Positions 58,491 through 64,000 of a stretch of DNA of 64,000 nt are shown here, one piece after another (the first letter of the stretch is position 1; each line of letters starts with the position of its first letter). The translations under genes were made by a program, and so were the position numbers. Source of the stretch: the human T2T-CHM13v2.0 reference genome, Homo sapiens; NCBI RefSeq assembly GCF_009914755.1, contig NC_060927.1; one strand, given 5' to 3'. The notes under the pieces are model-generated. The model was not told where the DNA came from. It saw only the letters and a program-made list of their open reading frames with translations, and searched no databases.

Positions 58491-60067
58491 CGAAAAAGGA
58501 GCCTGTACAATTTTAATTTCTTTCACTTTATGTATCAAGTAAGACTCATAGGTTTTAGAAACTGGTATATTATATTTTCTTTCCCACGAATGGAGACAAT
58601 AGAAACACTTGAAGAAATGGGATAAATTTGACAGTACTTTGGATTCTCATAGCAAAAATTGGTAAACTTCAAAAAGGTTGTCTATTTTAAGACTATAGGT
58701 ATAAACATATGTTTTTCATGCTACAAAGCCTGGAACATCAAGTGATTTTTACTTAGGTTTACAGATAAGGTCCCTGTGTCTGAATTTGAGAATTTTCAGA
58801 GGTCTTTCCTATTAAAAACTTTGTACACATTCTTTTTCCCCTTCTTTTCTTCCTTTTCCTTTCTTCCTCCCTCCCTTCCTCTCTGCCTTTCTTCCTTATT
58901 TCCACTTGATGTTATTCACCTACATTCTCATTCTCCCCTGATTGTCTCTTCTTTGCTCTCTCTCAGTCTTCTTGGGGTCCCCTTTTCAGATCATTCTCTC
59001 CCCTCTTGGGTTTCATCTCTCCACCTTGATCAGTCTCTGAAATCTTCTTGCCTGTTCATGACCTTCTACCTCCAGACACCTGCTATAAGGTGCTACTTAA
59101 TTTGGAGTTGACTGTGGAAGGATGCCTCAGGTGGACAAAATGACTCCTCTGGGCCTTGGAGGAAGAACCTCTAGAGCCTGTTCTGTTACAGGCCGTGGAA
59201 GGACAGAGACAGAAGCACAGGCCCAGGAGCAGCGGCCTGGCAGCCAGCCATGAGGAGCCGCTTTGTCATACCTTAGAAGAAACTTTCAGGCTCCCCAAAT
59301 GTGTGACACTTCAGTTTTCTCAATCAGAATACAAGAAGGCTTCCCGGAATCTCTTTTTCTAGCACTATAATTTTGTTAGTTCCTTACTGATGGCTTGTTA
59401 AAGGAATATTTTACTATATGTCATGTTAGTATTAGTGAAAGATTATAATTCTGTATATTAATACTTTACCTTTGTCAAAACTACCTTCTCTTTCCCCTCA
59501 AAAAAGCAAGTACTTTAGTTGTGGGTTTGCCCTCTCTTTTGATAGGACAAAGTACTCTTAATTCCTCAGTAAAGTAGCTGTCATCTGTGTAGGTCGCTAA
59601 GCCCAGGTTTTTCATTCTCTTCTCCTTAAGATTTTTTGGGTCTGAACCCCATTTGGGTGGAGATGCCACTGGCATGGAAATTCTTGCTGGTGACCTCACC
59701 TGCAGAGATTGTGGGCATGGCACCTGTATATCCATCTGCCGGACTTTGGGTCATGCAGGAAATCCTGTGAAATTCCTGCTCAGGGTTAACCAAAGGGAGC
59801 AGCTCTGAAGGGTTACATTCTTCTGGCCAGTCTCCTCCCTTATTAAAATGTGTAAAGAATCCTTTTTAGCCATGAATTCTTGCTGACAGGCTGACCCAGG
59901 GTCAGGATGGTGGGTAAAGCTAAGAACATTCCAAGATACATGTGGACCAAAAAAACACATGAAAACTGGTACAGACTTGGTTTTAGAAGGGGTCTTAGTG
60001 ATGCTAGCCCAACCCTTAGAAATGGGATGCCTTTCATATAAAGTAGGGGGTCCCTAACCAATAATAT

Positions 60068-60290
60068 TGACTAAAAGCATGAGCCCTGGAGTTGGACTGG
60101 CGTCGATGCAGATCCTGGCCTTGTTACCTATTAGCTATGTGCTCTTGGATCCTAAGCCTCAATTGTTACCCCCATCTGTGAAATGGGGAAAAGAACAGTA
60201 TCAGCTTTCTAGAGTTTGTATGAGGATTCAATGGGAAAAAGAGTATAAAATGCTTAGTATATTGTCTGGCACACTATAAATATTTATTAA
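60068..60290 (+). mobile_element. MIR
   Basis: CCCATCTGTGAAATGGG...TGAGGATTCAATG...TAAAATGCTTAG core. Confidence 0.7.
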
Positions 60291-60448
60291 ATAACTGTTG
60301 ATTAATTAATAAATATTGATGAATTCAACATTTTGTATAGTTTCTCCTAATTCATTTTTGAAGGGCATAGAGTTATGCCTTGAATAATGCCCTTGAAACT
60401 TTTAAAGTATTAATAAATGAGTCAACTCTACTTTGCTTTTTCTCCTAG

Positions 60449-60505
60449 GTGAAAAGAAAGGGATTATCTCAGACAGTAAGCCAGGAGGAAAGAAAGAGAC
60501 AAGAG
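60449..60505 (+). CDS. ARHGEF26: ARHGEF26 exon 5 (57 nt, VKRKGLSQTVSQEERKRQE)
   Basis: Acceptor TTTTTCTCCTAG, donor GAG|GTATGT; phase 0-0; leads into the DH domain. Confidence 0.93.
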
Positions 60506-63500
60506 GTATGTTTCTACCGAGCAGCTGCTTTAGAGCTCTGGAGTGTGCATGTCGGTGTCTGCTTTTTTGTGTTTTCACTTACTGTGTGCACTTGTTTAGT
60601 GTTGCCCTTTGAAAATGTATTTGTTTAACAAAAGCAGTAAGTGATCATTTTAATGTAAAGCTACGCATAAGCCCCCAGAAAAGAAAAAATTTTAAATATC
60701 TCAACATCACTCAACATCGTTTGATTTTAAACAACAAAGCACCTAGTTCAGGTATTTAAACTGAGAGAAATATGATAAAAAATGAAACCAACATTAGATC
60801 TTAGAACTGAAAAAGGATGTTTATGGAAAAACTGATAGTCACGTTAGTCTGTAGACAAATGTAGCCTATTTATGTAAGATACCCTAGGTTAGGGAAAGCT
60901 GGATGTAGCATACAAGGGTCTCTGAACCCTTTTTGCAAGTTTTCTATAAATTTAAAATTATACCAAAATAAAAAGTTTATTTAGTAAAAAAAAAAAAAAC
61001 AGGTTAATAATGCAGTTTTACAACTTGAAGTTTAAATCAATGCAATTTGAGAAAATTGCTTATTGTAATAATATTGTGAAGCTCTCAAAGCATTTTCCTC
61101 TTGCTTCCTGCATATTATTGTGTGTGTGTGTGTGTGTGTGTATGTCAATGCATATACATACATATAAATTGATTCCACAAAGGACCCAAGGATGTCCTTT
61201 TTTTTTTTTTTTGGTTGGCATAGAATAAAGTGAAATACAAGGGTGCAGTATAGTGCCATTTTTTCAAGTTTAAAAAAAATAATAGTATAGAACTTTGGTG
61301 TACCCATCCACTGAGAATTAACAAATGTATAACAATCGTAATTTTTCTCCTTTTTTAAAAAGAACATAAAACTGATAGTGTAGAAGGCCTGCATTCTCTT
61401 CCTCAGTCCTGTCCTATTCCTTTCCTCCCCAGAGACAGCTATAATTATGAACTGGTACATATACTTCCAGCCTGTGTTTTAAAATTATGTATAACATACA
61501 CACACATATTTGTGCATGTGTGTTAAAATGTATATGTATGAGATTCTATGCATATTTTTTGGTTTTCTGTTTTTTACACTCAACATTATTTTTGAGATTA
61601 TTCATGTTAATGCATATGAATCTAGATCATTCATTTCAATCATCATATAGTACTCTAGTCTATGAACACCACCTTTAAATATTTTTTATCTATTTTTCCA
61701 ATGCTGGACAGTAGGTGGGACTTTTTCCTTCATTGTTAACATTGTGACATAAAAATGTTTCCCTCTCCTTGTGGATAAATTTAAAAGCTCCTCCAAGATA
61801 TTAATCCCATTTGAACATTTTTGTTCTTTTAAACCTTATATAACCTTGCCTATTTCTATCATATTCTGAAAATATTTATTCAGACTTTCTATTCCTATAT
61901 AGCAATTCCTACCTGCTATATATAACAGGTCTAACCTAATTTGCTTTTAAATAGTTGATGGTATTATTGCAGGATATTTTAGCAATTATTTTATTAAACT
62001 TATTATAATAAACTGCCAATTATTTACCTTTTCCTGTGATCTATTATAAATAGTTCATTAAGTCTTTTTGCCCAGTTTGAGTATTTAGATTAGATTACAC
62101 ACTCTCTCCTTGATGTAATCAGAAGTAAGGAGTGAGCAGAGTGGGGGAAAAGAAGGAATGAAGTGACTTTGGACAGCTGTCTGCTGTGACAATTCATTAC
62201 ACACTGAACATCTGTCTGTCCACCCAACTTGAAACATACCTCAAAATTTCTTTCAAGGAATCAAGACAAAAGCCAAATGCATGAGACATTATAACCCTAA
62301 ATGGCTTCCTTTGGAGATAACAAAGGGCTTATTTGTTTATGCCCTTCAGGAACAAAAGAAATTATTTAAAATGTTGAATTCAGCAATATTAATTTTTGTT
62401 CTCAAAACCCTCAATTATCACTTAATCACATTAATCAGTTAGCATAGTACAGCATTGAAGAAGTGAAAAATGTCTTTGCTGTTGCAAATATTTTAAGTAA
62501 TTCCAAGGCATCGTATACATCAACACCTGAAATCCATTATTTATGGTCCAGAAGGGAAATTTTTCTTTAATTCGCTTTGTGTATAGTTTTTGGGGGTTAT
62601 TGTATTGATTGAAAAAATTCAATACGCAGGTTAAATGAGACTCTTAACATTCTTACTCTTTACTCTTCAGATAGTTACATCACTTAATTTCATGAAATAC
62701 AACTGAGGCTAGATTAGCACATTTAAGTAAGACCCAAGTCCCTAAACCTTACGGAAGTTAAAAGTGGAGGTGAGCACTGAGATTAGCACTTCTAACCTGA
62801 TTTATAAAATATGGAGCACCCATCAGCAGCTGGGTGTCCACCTGCTTGTGCCTTTCCTGCTCCCACCCAGCCACAGTACCCTCTGCTCTTTGGGGCAAGG
62901 ACTTGAAGGGGTGGAGCCCTGGAGATCAGGGTGATGAAGACAGAATTACCAGGGAGCTTTCCAGGAAGGCTGTGAATCTTAGGCCTGCATTTTCCCTATA
63001 TCCCTTTTTAGAGGATCTGAATTTGATTTTGTTAAGGATCTAGATGAATTCCTTACGCAGGGCATTGGAATCTTATCCACATATGTGGGTTGGTATTTCA
63101 TCATTAACAGTTATCAGGAAAACCACTGTGTGCCTGCCACTGAGAGTCTCTGCAGAGAGTCCTTTGCTCCTTCTTGAGACATTGATGAGAGTAGAGAATG
63201 TGACTTGTTGAATAGATGGAATTACTTTCAATTGTATGAGTTTATATAAAAGAATTCCTGTGGTTGATAAGAACCTTTTGAGGGTAGACACAGTCATACC
63301 AGAATATTTGCTGTTATTGACTGAAAATTAGTCAGATTAAGCATAGGGAGAGGAAGAGTGTGACACACAAGAGGGAAGGGAAGGAAGGTGTGAGAAATTT
63401 TCTCTGAATCTCAAGAGATGACCATAAATCCTTACTGTCCCTAAAGCAGCATGCTTTGAAAGCAGGGCTGGAGGAGATGACCCCAAAGGTTAATTAATGT

Positions 63501-63832
63501 CTCACTGAGATTTTATGACATGCCCTCGCTTCCTTCCATAGATTCTACCCCTTGGCAAAGGCATGACCTCAGGATGTGATGTCAAGTCATCCACATGATT
63601 TCATTTTTTTCATATTTACAGATAGTGATTATTTTTTAAGATTTGGGTAAATGTATATTATATAAAGAGAGTAGTTTTATGATGTTGTTTCTTTAATGTT
63701 CTTTTTGTACTTTCCAAGATACTATACCTGAAAAGTGGAGTATCTTGTTATTCTTACAGCAAAATTATGAGAGCTATATTTAATTCTTTAATTAAAAGAA
63801 TTAATAATACATTTCTTTTTCCTTCTTACCAG

Positions 63833-63993
63833 GCTATCTTTGAAGTCATATCCTCTGAACATTCATATTTACTCAGCTTGGAGATCTTGATACGAATGTT
63901 TAAAAATTCTAAAGAACTGAGTGATACAATGACTAAAACCGAGAGGCACCATCTTTTCTCCAATATTACAGATGTCTGTGAGGCAAGCAAAAA
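63833..63993 (+). CDS. ARHGEF26: ARHGEF26 exon 6 (161 nt; DH domain start [16 protein letters not shown]...)
   Basis: Acceptor TTCCTTCTTACCAG, donor AAA|GTAAGT; DH CR1 motif (E..SE.SY..SL) and LFSNI. Confidence 0.96.
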
Positions 63994-64000
63994 GTAAGTG

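Overview
Human (primate) genomic DNA holding the 5' half of ARHGEF26 (SGEF, an Ephexin-family RhoG GEF) on the + strand. It contains a CpG-island/GC-box promoter (~32.0-34.0 kb), a non-coding exon 1 and coding exons 2-6, which splice in frame from Met1 into the start of the DH domain. The upstream 32 kb (where the divergent lncRNA ARHGEF26-AS1 is expected) and the introns are mostly transposon relics: Alu, L1, L2, MIR, LTR12, THE1/MST/MLT, Tigger, MER and MADE. The most unusual signal is a 64-nt inverted copy of ARHGEF26 exon 4 (the LYQNY segment) inserted into an L2 in intron 3, about 840 nt upstream of the exon. In the pre-mRNA it could form a 60/64-paired duplex with the exon, making it a candidate editing-complementary or splicing-control element. 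Several other locally templated duplications and fold-back hairpins are also present. Repeat subfamily names come from recalled consensus sequences, and repeat boundaries are approximate unless a TSD is given.
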